From: a virus
Lineage: Duplodnaviria > Caudoviricetes
Strand: one strand, 5' to 3'
Virus record (IMG/VR): IMGVR_UViG_3300042261_000916
Coordinates: 1-60,643 of that record
DNA length: 60,643 nt
A model generated the notes under the pieces. It saw only the letters and a program-made list of their open reading frames with translations. It did no database searches and was not told the origin of the DNA. This document shows, in pieces, positions 1 through 8,876 of this stretch. A program made the position numbers and the translations under genes. How positions within the stretch are numbered: the first letter of the stretch is position 1; the number at the start of each line of letters is the position of its first letter.

Positions 1-3
1 AGG

Positions 4-1098
4 ATGCTACAAGATGGTACTCTTAATTTATTAGATCAGAATTTTATAAAGCAGTACAATATTATATTTTATAATAAAAGTATTCCTTTTATTAAACCAG
101 AATACCATACAATATTTTCTGAAAACTTGAAAAATTTCAATATTAAATTAGTATATGATATTGACGATTATTGGGCATTAAACTCCGCCCATATGAATTA
201 TGATGCTTGGAAAAAATCTAAGGCTGATGAAGTTGTTCTAAAAGCTCTGAAAAAGTCTGATCATGTTACAACTACAACATCTTTATTTGCAAATAAAATA
301 AAAGAAATAAATCCAAATGTCACAGTATTAGAAAATGCAGTTAATTTGGAAGAACAACAATGGACTTTTAATAGGAAGCCATCAGATAAAATAAGATTTT
401 TATGGGGTGGTGGTATAAGTCATATGGTAGATCTTAGATTGTTAAGACCTTCTATAGAATCTTTTGATAAAGATTTCTTGAAGAAGTCTCAGCTGTTCAT
501 GTGTGGATATGATCTTAGGGTAAGAACACCAAAGGGATTAATACAAAAGAGCGATCCAAGATCAAACCAATGGAGTTTTTTTGAAGATATTTTCTCAAAT
601 AAGGGGAAATATATTACTAATCAAAATCATCGCAAATACTTAAACGAACATGATGATAAAAATTATGGAATAAATGAAGAATTTATTACAGAATTTTATC
701 AGAGAAGATGGACACGTCCAATATTAAACTACGGTCATATGTATAATGAGGCTGATGTTTGCTTAGCTCCTCTTAAGTCAAACAATATGTTCAATTTTTA
801 TAAATCAAACCTGAAAGTTATAGAAGCTGGAGCTCATCATTGTCCAATCTTAGCGAGTAACTTCGGTCCATATACAGTAAATGACATTGAAGGAAAAAAA
901 GATGGAAAACAAAAAGGATTCTTGATCGATGAATCTAATCCTAAAGGATGGTATGAAAAAATGAAGTTTTACGTTGATAATCCTGATGTCATGAGAGAAC
1001 ACGGAGAGAATCTATATAATTATGTAAAAGAAAATTTATGTATAAAAGTAGTTGGTGAAAAAAGAAAAGATTTATATAAAAAATTATGCCAGACTTAA
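4..1098 (+). CDS. GT-B fold glycosyltransferase (probably 5'-partial)
   Basis: YDIDD motif, TTTT..A, W.GG.SH, LAPL..N.FN.YKS.LK.IEAG, typical of phage GT4-like enzymes. Confidence 0.8.
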   Translation: MLQDGTLNLLDQNFIKQYNIIFYNKSIPFIKPEYHTIFSENLKNFNIKLVYDIDDYWALNSAHMNYDAWKKSKADEVVLKALKKSDHVTTTTSLFANKIKEINPNVTVLENAVNLEEQQWTFNRKPSDKIRFLWGGGISHMVDLRLLRPSIESFDKDFLKKSQLFMCGYDLRVRTPKGLIQKSDPRSNQWSFFEDIFSNKGKYITNQNHRKYLNEHDDKNYGINEEFITEFYQRRWTRPILNYGHMYNEADVCLAPLKSNNMFNFYKSNLKVIEAGAHHCPILASNFGPYTVNDIEGKKDGKQKGFLIDESNPKGWYEKMKFYVDNPDVMREHGENLYNYVKENLCIKVVGEKRKDLYKKLCQT

Positions 1099-1505
1099 TT
1101 GAAATAAAAGAGTTTGTATTTGATGTAGATTCATATGAGAATAATTTTTCTTATTCTTCGTTTGATGTAGTTAGAGATGCTATTGCCAAAGTGGAAGAAA
1201 TATTAAAGACTACTGATACCTCTAAAATTATATCTAACACTAATTTGAGTTGTATTATTACAAATAATTATAGACTTAGACCATCATACATCAAACCACA
1301 AATTGTTGGTAAATTTTCAAACATAGATGTTTTTATAGATCCTAAAATAAAAGACAATAAAATTCTATTTTATAACATAAAAGAACCAGAAATTATTCAA
1401 TCAGAAATAGATCCTTATGGTGAAGAGGACTGGGGCAATGAAGATGTTAAAGAAACTTTAATTTATACTTTAAATATAAAAGATACAAAAGGAAGATTGA
1501 CATAA
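1086..1505 (+). CDS. Mini major-capsid-protein-like fragment with internal DPYGEEDW tag; paralogue of 2093..2806
   Basis: IITN...VGKFSNIDVFIDP..DNKILFY and C-terminal YTLNIKDTKGRL mirror GNIGNMTIYVDAY..DNRILFY / HTLHVRDTNGVL of 2093..2806. Confidence 0.55.
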   Translation: MPDLIEIKEFVFDVDSYENNFSYSSFDVVRDAIAKVEEILKTTDTSKIISNTNLSCIITNNYRLRPSYIKPQIVGKFSNIDVFIDPKIKDNKILFYNIKEPEIIQSEIDPYGEEDWGNEDVKETLIYTLNIKDTKGRLT

Positions 1506-1506
1506 T

Positions 1507-1992
1507 ATGAAAACATTAACAGGAACATTATTCCAATTAGATGTTAAAAATCTAAATGGAAGAATATATCAAGATAATGATAATCTTAGGAAAAGTATTG
1601 AAGATTATAATAATAAACCAAGTAAATACGGACAAATAGGATTTCCGGAAAATGATGATTATTATGATCAGAGCATAAGAGAAATATCTCACACTGTAGA
1701 AAATGTTAGAATTGACGGAGATAGAGTCGTTGGCGATATAAGAATATTAAATACTCATAGCGGAAAGATTCTAAAAGAATTATTAGACGACGGAATACCA
1801 CACGTTTTTAGATCTAGGGCAATAGGACATACAAACGAAGACGGAACGGTTAATATTAAAAAAATATTCGCTTTCGACGCTATTCCAAAAAATATAGATT
1901 CCTTCGATATGTCAAATAAACCAAAAGAAAAAGAAATAAAAAGAATCTATTCAGACCAAGACCCATACGGTGAAGAAGACTGGGAAGATTGA
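1507..1992 (+). CDS. T4 gp21-like prohead protease paralogue, apparently inactive, with C-terminal DPYGEEDW
   Basis: DVKNLNGRIY, ISH.V..VRIDG..V.G.I.IL.T.SGKILK.L, SR..G match the gp21 family; GELxHP reads GQIGFP and GVSSRG reads VFRSRA. Confidence 0.75.
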   Translation: MKTLTGTLFQLDVKNLNGRIYQDNDNLRKSIEDYNNKPSKYGQIGFPENDDYYDQSIREISHTVENVRIDGDRVVGDIRILNTHSGKILKELLDDGIPHVFRSRAIGHTNEDGTVNIKKIFAFDAIPKNIDSFDMSNKPKEKEIKRIYSDQDPYGEEDWED

Positions 1993-2092
1993 TAAAAATG
2001 AGGGTATTCGTTTTTAAAAATATTATAACAATGCGGACAGATGGTGAGTACTTTCCATTTTTATCAATCAATATATAAAATAAAAATTGTAT

Positions 2093-2806
2093 ATGAAAAA
2101 TGAAGAAAAATTAAGAGAATTAGATGCCACGATTGATAATTATGAATCGATTTTAGTTGAAAGAGTGAGAGAGAATGGAAGTATAGCTTGTAAAGATCAA
2201 GGATTTGAAGATGTGTGTAATATGGTAAAAAGTCTTAATTGTGCCAAAAAACATTTAAATGACATTGATGATGATTTTAGCCCATATACTAATTCAAAGT
2301 TAGATCCATATGGAGAAGAAAATTGGGATGATGATGAACCAAAATCTTCATTGACTGAAAGAACTGTTAATAGTGATCTTTTTGGACCGAGAGTAAGACC
2401 CCAACAGATAGAAATAGGTGAAGAAACTGATACTGATAGTTATTTTGATGTTGATGGTATAGTTAATAACGCGAACGGTAGAATGACAACTATTCAAAGA
2501 TTGTTATTTAATAAAGTTCAGATAATACAAGCAAAATTTCAATGTACAAAAATTATAAGTAATGGTAATTTAATATCTGTTTTGCAGGATATAGCTGGTT
2601 ATACTCTAAACCCAGTGAGACAATTAAATAAAATTGATACATCTGTTCCATTTCCAATGGGCAATATTGGAAATATGACTATATATGTTGATGCTTACAT
2701 GAGATGGGATGATAATAGAATTCTTTTCTATGTAGATATTAATGCGGCTAAAGAAAATTTCATTCATACTCTACATGTTAGAGATACAAATGGAGTATTA
2801 ATATAA
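2093..2806 (+). CDS. DPYGEENW-tagged protein with C-terminal gp23-like capsid-protein fragment
   Basis: TIQR....K...IISNGNLISVLQDIAGY...PFPMGNIGNMTIYVDAYMRWDDNRIL resembles the C-terminal third of T4-like major capsid proteins. Confidence 0.6.
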   Translation: MKNEEKLRELDATIDNYESILVERVRENGSIACKDQGFEDVCNMVKSLNCAKKHLNDIDDDFSPYTNSKLDPYGEENWDDDEPKSSLTERTVNSDLFGPRVRPQQIEIGEETDTDSYFDVDGIVNNANGRMTTIQRLLFNKVQIIQAKFQCTKIISNGNLISVLQDIAGYTLNPVRQLNKIDTSVPFPMGNIGNMTIYVDAYMRWDDNRILFYVDINAAKENFIHTLHVRDTNGVLI

Positions 2807-2829
2807 TTAATATATAAAATAAAAAATAC

Positions 2830-2837
2830 AAGGAGGT
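2830..2837 (+). promoter_or_regulatory. Strong Shine-Dalgarno (AAGGAGGT) of phage rpsU
   Basis: AAGGAGGT 4 nt before ATG 2842; most other genes have only A-rich leaders. Confidence 0.75.
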
Positions 2838-2841
2838 TTAA

Positions 2842-3042
2842 ATGTTAATAGTTACAGTGAATGAAAAAACAACTATAGATAGAGCTCTAAAAATCATGAA
2901 AAGTAAAGTGGCTAAAACTAAAATAATGAAGGAGTTAAGAGAAAGACAAGAATACGTGAAGCCATCAATAAGAAGAAGAGACGAAATTAAAAAAGCTATA
3001 CATATTCAAAAATTAAAAGAGAAAGAAGAAAATGCCAATTAA
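2842..3042 (+). CDS. rpsU: Ribosomal protein bS21 (phage-encoded, Bacteroidota-like)
   Basis: MLIV.V....IDRALK..K.K..KT...KELR.RQ.Y.KPS..RR, 66 aa, basic. Confidence 0.92.
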   Translation: MLIVTVNEKTTIDRALKIMKSKVAKTKIMKELRERQEYVKPSIRRRDEIKKAIHIQKLKEKEENAN

Positions 3043-4108
3043 TAAAGTAGATCAACAGCACAAAGATTTAATTAAAAAGATTCTTAGATACGGAGCAACA
3101 AAAAATGACAGAACTGGAGTAGGTACAAAATCAATCTTCGGACATCAACTAGTATATGACCTCGAAGAAGGATTTCCATTACTCACTCTTAGAAAAATAC
3201 ATACCAAATCAGTTATACATGAAATGTTATGGTTTTTAGGAGCTTATGATCAAGAAAAATACGGAGGATTTGGAAATACCAATATTAGATATTTATTAGA
3301 TAATGGTGTTACTTTTTGGAGTGACTGGCCATATTATTCATATCTTAGAGCCAGAGAATATCGCCCAGAATTACCAGATATGACAATGAAAGAATTTGAA
3401 GGCAAAATAGTTATAGATGATGCTTTCGCTAAAGAATTCGGATCAATTGGACCTGGTTACGGTAAACAATGGTTAAATTACGGTGGTAAACTGGAAGTAG
3501 AAAAGAATGGAGATGAAAATAAATTTATTCTCACACAGGGAATAAATCAAATAGATTACTTAATTCAAGAATTAAAAAGAGATCCAGATTCAAGAAGACT
3601 CATATTAGATGCTTGGAAAGTAGATGAAATAGAAGAAATGTTGCTTCCACCATGTCATTATACTTTCCAATTATGGTCAAAAAAGATAAAACCAGAACAT
3701 AGATTTCAATCGTATTCTAAATGGATAACTAAAAACAAGTTACCTTATGGAAAACCTATGGAAGAATTTAATTTTCCTGAGAGAAAATTATCTATGATGT
3801 TAACAATAAGATCAAATGATATTGGACTAGGAAACCCATTCAATGTAGCAGAATATGCTTTATTACTACATATGATAGCACAAGTTGTTAATATGATACC
3901 TAATAAATTGTTTATAAACATAGGAGATGCTCATATTTATTGCAATCATATAGATCAAATGAAAAAACTTTTAGAAAGAGAAAGTTATGATTTACCAGAA
4001 ATCATTCTAAATAAAGATATTAAAAATATACAAGATTTTAGATATGATGATATTAAGATAGAAAATTATAAAGCACATTCAAATATAAAAATGGATGTCG
4101 CTGTTTAA
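3032..4108 (+). CDS. thyA: Thymidylate synthase
   Basis: DRTGVGT, FPLLT, DPDSRR, LPPCH, RSND..LG.PFN, GDAHIY.NH. Confidence 0.97.
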   Translation: MPINKVDQQHKDLIKKILRYGATKNDRTGVGTKSIFGHQLVYDLEEGFPLLTLRKIHTKSVIHEMLWFLGAYDQEKYGGFGNTNIRYLLDNGVTFWSDWPYYSYLRAREYRPELPDMTMKEFEGKIVIDDAFAKEFGSIGPGYGKQWLNYGGKLEVEKNGDENKFILTQGINQIDYLIQELKRDPDSRRLILDAWKVDEIEEMLLPPCHYTFQLWSKKIKPEHRFQSYSKWITKNKLPYGKPMEEFNFPERKLSMMLTIRSNDIGLGNPFNVAEYALLLHMIAQVVNMIPNKLFINIGDAHIYCNHIDQMKKLLERESYDLPEIILNKDIKNIQDFRYDDIKIENYKAHSNIKMDVAV

Positions 4109-4129
4109 TTAAAAATTTTCTGGATTATT

Positions 4130-4162
4130 AAAACCACTCAATTATGTTGAGTGGTTTTTTTT
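4130..4162 (+). terminator. Rho-independent terminator
   Basis: AAAACCACTCAA-ttatg-TTGAGTGGTTTT followed by a T run. Confidence 0.85.
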
Positions 4163-4188
4163 ATTTTTCTTTTTTTATATATAGCACC

Positions 4189-4545
4189 ATGAAAAACTAT
4201 GCTAATTTTTTAAATGAAGGAGAGATAAGAAGAGAAGGATTTTTCTCTATAAGGCAACTATCTCAAAAGTATGGAAATTTGGATCAATCACTATTGGCTG
4301 TTTATAAAAAGATAAAAGGCAAAGTGGTACAATTTACTCCTTTAGAACGCAATAAACCAGTATGGACTGAAATAAAAGAAGTATATTATAAAAGATATGT
4401 CAGAGAAGATGGGAAATTGGGGAATTTGTGGTTTTTTATAAACAAAAGTGGAAAAGAATTTCAATTGAATATAAATGATGTTATGCAAACATATGCTAAA
4501 GTAAATGAATTTGATCCTTATGGTGAAGAAGATTGGGAAAATTGA
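4189..4545 (+). CDS. Putative internal head protein (CTS-like leader, C-terminal DPYGEEDW)
   Basis: Start MKNYANFLNEG just after a TATATA box; ends DPYGEEDWEN. Confidence 0.7.
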   Translation: MKNYANFLNEGEIRREGFFSIRQLSQKYGNLDQSLLAVYKKIKGKVVQFTPLERNKPVWTEIKEVYYKRYVREDGKLGNLWFFINKSGKEFQLNINDVMQTYAKVNEFDPYGEEDWEN

Positions 4546-4996
4546 TGAATCTTGGACAAAGATAACAAAAAATAATCTCGAAGAACTTGAGATTGGTAGA
4601 AGAATCAGGCAACCTATACTGGGAGAAGGTGAAATTATTTTTGTTCGAGAAGACCGTAATATAGTTAAAATTAAGTTTGATGAAAAAGGAGAAAAAGATA
4701 TAAGAGTGGATGTTGTCGAATTAGAAGTAAAAGATAAAATAGAACCAATTGATAATAAGAAAATTAAATGGTTCAAAAAAGGAAAATTCGAAAAAATGAA
4801 TAATTTGATGAGTTTTAATACATATATTAAAGAAGAATATATGTATAGACATGATCCTTCTACAAAGGAAGATAGAAGTAAAAAACAAAGAGAACATTTT
4901 ATAAGTAAACTTTCTAAAATGGGAGAACCTATAGATGAACTTGAAAAAATGGATATTGCTTCTCTTGGTAGGTTATTAGCAAAAAAGAAAAAATAA
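4505..4996 (+). CDS. SH3/KOW-like hypothetical protein with KWFKKGK motif and internal CTS-like segment at 4796; true start uncertain
   Basis: IGRRI..PILGEGEII.V......IKFD..GEK; MNNLMSFNTYIKEE internally. Confidence 0.6.
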   Translation: MNLILMVKKIGKIDESWTKITKNNLEELEIGRRIRQPILGEGEIIFVREDRNIVKIKFDEKGEKDIRVDVVELEVKDKIEPIDNKKIKWFKKGKFEKMNNLMSFNTYIKEEYMYRHDPSTKEDRSKKQREHFISKLSKMGEPIDELEKMDIASLGRLLAKKKK

Positions 4997-4999
4997 AGC

Positions 5000-5578
5000 A
5001 TGGATAAACTATCTTTGTTATTAGAACAAAAAGAAGAACCTATTGTCCTTTTAGATTTTCCTAATCAAAGACAAGGTACTAGATATTATTGTGGAGTTGA
5101 TTGCGTAGAAACAGTTTTGGCATATTATGATATAGATGTCAGAGAACAAGATTTAGCTACAATATTAGATGCTGATCCTAAAAATGGAACCAGCATAGAA
5201 AGAATGGTAAAATTCATATCTATGCAAAGAGGACTTCAAGTAGAATATAGACAAAACATGACAATAAATGATTTGAAAAAATATCTAAACAAGAAAATTC
5301 CAGTTATAGTTATGATTCAAGCATGGCCATCTAAAGATGTTAAAGATTGGGAAGATGAATGGAATAGCGGACATTATGTTGTAGCTATTGGATATACGGA
5401 TACAAAAATTCTTTTTGGAGATCCAGCAACTTATTATGAGGTTTCATATATTGAAAATGGTGAGTTTATGAAACGTTGGCATGATGAAGATCGAGACAAA
5501 AAATATGAGCAATTTGGATGTGCTGTTTTTGGAAGAAAACCAAAATATGATAAAAACAAATGGAAAAAAATTGATTAA
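5000..5578 (+). CDS. C39-like cysteine peptidase (stand-alone)
   Basis: Q.T.YYCG, GT, GHYVV.IGY, GDP: oxyanion Gln plus Cys-His-Asp triad. Confidence 0.88.
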   Translation: MDKLSLLLEQKEEPIVLLDFPNQRQGTRYYCGVDCVETVLAYYDIDVREQDLATILDADPKNGTSIERMVKFISMQRGLQVEYRQNMTINDLKKYLNKKIPVIVMIQAWPSKDVKDWEDEWNSGHYVVAIGYTDTKILFGDPATYYEVSYIENGEFMKRWHDEDRDKKYEQFGCAVFGRKPKYDKNKWKKID

Positions 5579-6176
5579 GAGGTATTTTACATATATTAAA
5601 GAGAGTGTGATTAGTGATAATAAATTTGAAGAAAAAGAAATAGTTTATTATAAAGGATCCGGAGAGGATCCTTGTGAAGTCGCTGGAGACGATGCTCTTT
5701 CTGTAGAAAATAAAAACATTTCTGATTTTTGTCAAATTCTGGTAAAAGGATACAACACTGCTAAAAAAAGATGGGAATATAGAATTCATATTTATGCTCT
5801 TAAATTTTGGGTACCGGAAGAAGATTTAAGAAAAGCAGTAAAAGTAAATGGCGTGTGGAAAGTTGCGGAGTTAGAACCTGAACAAAAACAAAAAAAAGGA
5901 ATTAAATGGTTCAGTAAAGGAAAATTAGGAGATTTAGAAGAAATAGAAGAAACTGGTCATAATGATTTCATAACAGACGATGAATTTAGAAATTTTCTTA
6001 TAGATAATTCATGTTATGACGAATATATTTCAAATGTAATGAAACAAAAACCAGATTTCGCTGAAAATTTTGAGAAGAACGCTGTATCTGATAGAAAAGA
6101 ACTTTTGAATTATTGTTTTTATTGGGAAGAAACACCAGAAGGAAATAGTTACTGGGAAAAGTTATGTGATAAATGA
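5571..6176 (+). CDS. Putative internal head protein (TTG start, CTS-like leader)
   Basis: (L)IKRYFTYIKES leader; C-terminal domain paralogous to the end of 32840..33772. Confidence 0.65.
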   Translation: MIKRYFTYIKESVISDNKFEEKEIVYYKGSGEDPCEVAGDDALSVENKNISDFCQILVKGYNTAKKRWEYRIHIYALKFWVPEEDLRKAVKVNGVWKVAELEPEQKQKKGIKWFSKGKLGDLEEIEETGHNDFITDDEFRNFLIDNSCYDEYISNVMKQKPDFAENFEKNAVSDRKELLNYCFYWEETPEGNSYWEKLCDK

Positions 6177-6217
6177 ATAAAATTTTCAGAAGGTTCAAAT
6201 GATATTGAATGGTGATG

Positions 6218-7537
6218 ATGATAATTAAAAAATATAACAACTTCTTAAATGAAGGACTAATGTTGGATTTATTCGATTTTTTACATAAATTCAATAATCC
6301 TGTTATTGCCGAAGATGAACTCCGTAAAAAAGTGATTGGTAAAACAGTAGTGTGGTATCCTGTCGGTGGAGGTTCCACGTTGAAAAGACAAACTGTTGGT
6401 GATATAAGAATTGAAGATCATAAAGTATATTTCAACGGGTATCCCGTGGATCAAGATTTTTCAATAGAAATAGAAACGACAAAACAAAGTACATCGTCAG
6501 CACTACCAACAAAGAAGACACAAGGAAGTTGGAAACAACCTAAAACTTGGGAAATTATTGGTATTCCGTCGGGGGAAGTTATTTATGTTGATACTAAAGA
6601 ATTAAATATTTTGATAACAAAAGATCTTGTTAAATATCAAAGTTATGCTAAATATAGAGACGTAGAGTACAGAGAAATTTATATTTATAGAGATGAAAAG
6701 TATCACGATATAAAAAAATTCTTAAATCCAAATTATAAGAAACCAGAAAAATCAAATTATAAAGAAAAAACTAAATATCATATAGGAGATGTCATTTTAT
6801 GTCAAGGACAATCAGCTCATTCACAAGGATATGTGTTAAATCTAGATATGAGAGTTGGTAAAATTATTGATATGTACAAAGGGCCAAAAGAAACGGAATA
6901 TAGATATTTAATTTCTTTTATGAATAATTTTGATCCACATTTAGTTAATATAGGTGGAAACATAAATAAATTTTGTTGGTGGGTCAAGAAAGAAAATATC
7001 AAAGGTATTTATACAGGAGATCTTAAATTTCTTAAAACCATATCTGATGTAATGAATTTACTACAAAAAGAAGATTATATAGAAGAACACGAAATAGATG
7101 ACGCTTATCATATAAAACAATTATTTAAAGGCACTGATGGTGCAGTAACTTATGAAAGCGTATCTATTGAAAATACAAAAACAATTAAAGTAAAAGATAT
7201 AATAGAAGGTAAATATGGAGAATTTAAGGCGTTCGATGATGGAACAACAGGAATAGAATTTAAATGTAATTATGCTGATCTATATAAAAACAATCAAATT
7301 TGGATAGGAAAATATGATTGTAATATTTTGAGATTTGAAAGTAAAAATTCACAATGGTATAATGAAAGAAATTATGTAGGCACTATAATTTTAATTAATA
7401 AATATGACACTGGGAGATCTTATATGCCATTTGCAGTCAGAATAGATGATTATGCTATAATTGGTGTTCCAAAAGAAAAGAAACAAATATTTTCTTTACA
7501 CGATCCATACGGAGAGGAGGAATGGGATAATGATTAA
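6218..7537 (+). CDS. Multidomain putative internal protein, C-terminal DPYGEEEW
   Basis: MIIKKYNNFLNEG leader; SH3-like IGDVIL...GKII segment; terminal tag. Confidence 0.75.
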   Translation: MIIKKYNNFLNEGLMLDLFDFLHKFNNPVIAEDELRKKVIGKTVVWYPVGGGSTLKRQTVGDIRIEDHKVYFNGYPVDQDFSIEIETTKQSTSSALPTKKTQGSWKQPKTWEIIGIPSGEVIYVDTKELNILITKDLVKYQSYAKYRDVEYREIYIYRDEKYHDIKKFLNPNYKKPEKSNYKEKTKYHIGDVILCQGQSAHSQGYVLNLDMRVGKIIDMYKGPKETEYRYLISFMNNFDPHLVNIGGNINKFCWWVKKENIKGIYTGDLKFLKTISDVMNLLQKEDYIEEHEIDDAYHIKQLFKGTDGAVTYESVSIENTKTIKVKDIIEGKYGEFKAFDDGTTGIEFKCNYADLYKNNQIWIGKYDCNILRFESKNSQWYNERNYVGTIILINKYDTGRSYMPFAVRIDDYAIIGVPKEKKQIFSLHDPYGEEEWDND

Positions 7538-8876
7538 GAAATTCAACACATATATAAAAGAAAGTGATCAATGCTTTTATCCATCTGGCGATAGAATAGA
7601 AGTTGATGATATTGTAATATATAATATTACATCGAATACTCATCCAAATCTTAGATGGTATGATAGAAAATTGGCGATAATAACTGATATTGACAATAGT
7701 TATTTTAGTGGTGAATTTCCAATATCTATAAAGTTTATAGATGGAAATTTAAATTTGAGAGTAAATAAAAATTCTGTTAAAAGATATTCTAAATCCAAAA
7801 TAGATCCTTATAATGAAGAAGATTGGCAATTTAACGAAAAAAAAATAATATGTGAAGCAGATCCATATGGTGAAGAAGATTGGGATGTTCCAACAGTCGA
7901 CGGTCCAATTAATATTGGAGATAAAGTTAGAATAATTGATAAAAACAACGCTGCATATCAAATTCAATATCGTGATAGAGAAGTATTTACTAATAGTATG
8001 TTGAGTTATGATATTGAAGTTTTAGATATGTGGGAAACAGATGGCGGTAAGATTATTATAAAAGGAGATAATTTAAATTACTATGATGCTAGTAAATTTA
8101 AGAAATTACAAGAAAGTATTATAGAAGAAATTGAAATGGAAACTCCTCCAAGTATTTGCGGAGAAGATTATATAGAAGAATACGAATGCACCTTAAAAGA
8201 TAGATATAGAAATATTAAAACCGGTGAATTAAAGAGACTTGAAGAAATATTCGAAATACCAGCAAATTATTATCATGAAAAATATGTTGGAGTTTGGGAT
8301 GTTAATGGTAAATTTAAGATAATGAATTATATTAGACCTAATTGGTATCACGAATTTACAATAGATAATAAATTGAGATTTATAGAAAAGAATTTTAAGA
8401 GTAAATCGAGTCAAGTAGAAATATGTGTTGGGCCAGAGATAGAAAAAATAATGATAAATCATAAAAAGGGATATGAAGGTAAGGGTAAATATTATAACAT
8501 GAAAAACACCAATAGAGTAACAATAGATAAACAAAATATCAAAATTTGCAAAGTGTATAAATATTGTGAAGATTTTCGACTGATATTTGGTGGTAGAATT
8601 GTAGATGTTATAAATAATATATATCCGGAAGGTAAAGAAAAAGATCATTTCAAAGTTCCAGATAGATTTGATAGGTATAAAAGTTTGAATATAACAATAG
8701 GGGATTATTATTTATTGAATTTTGAAATAAAAGATTATGTAAAAGGAATATATAGAAATTATAGAGTGAATATGTTTGATACTATAAAATGCAGACCAAA
8801 AATTAAAAGAATCAATCCAGTCAACGATCCTTACGGTGAAGAAGATTGGGGTGATGAAATGATGTATGAGGATTAG
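7530..8876 (+). CDS. Multidomain putative internal polyprotein with 3 DPY(G/N)EEDW tags
   Basis: MIKKFNTYIKES leader; tags at 7803, 7860 and 8826; first domain paralogous to that of 11645..12352. Confidence 0.75.
   Translation: MIKKFNTYIKESDQCFYPSGDRIEVDDIVIYNITSNTHPNLRWYDRKLAIITDIDNSYFSGEFPISIKFIDGNLNLRVNKNSVKRYSKSKIDPYNEEDWQFNEKKIICEADPYGEEDWDVPTVDGPINIGDKVRIIDKNNAAYQIQYRDREVFTNSMLSYDIEVLDMWETDGGKIIIKGDNLNYYDASKFKKLQESIIEEIEMETPPSICGEDYIEEYECTLKDRYRNIKTGELKRLEEIFEIPANYYHEKYVGVWDVNGKFKIMNYIRPNWYHEFTIDNKLRFIEKNFKSKSSQVEICVGPEIEKIMINHKKGYEGKGKYYNMKNTNRVTIDKQNIKICKVYKYCEDFRLIFGGRIVDVINNIYPEGKEKDHFKVPDRFDRYKSLNITIGDYYLLNFEIKDYVKGIYRNYRVNMFDTIKCRPKIKRINPVNDPYGEEDWGDEMMYED

Noticed and set aside
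4342-5789. Minus-strand ORFs 4342..5001 and 5466..5789 and similar F/I/L/S-rich antisense ORFs throughout the track
   Set aside because: They fully overlap better-supported genes on the opposite strand, and their composition is what antisense of A-rich coding DNA produces.
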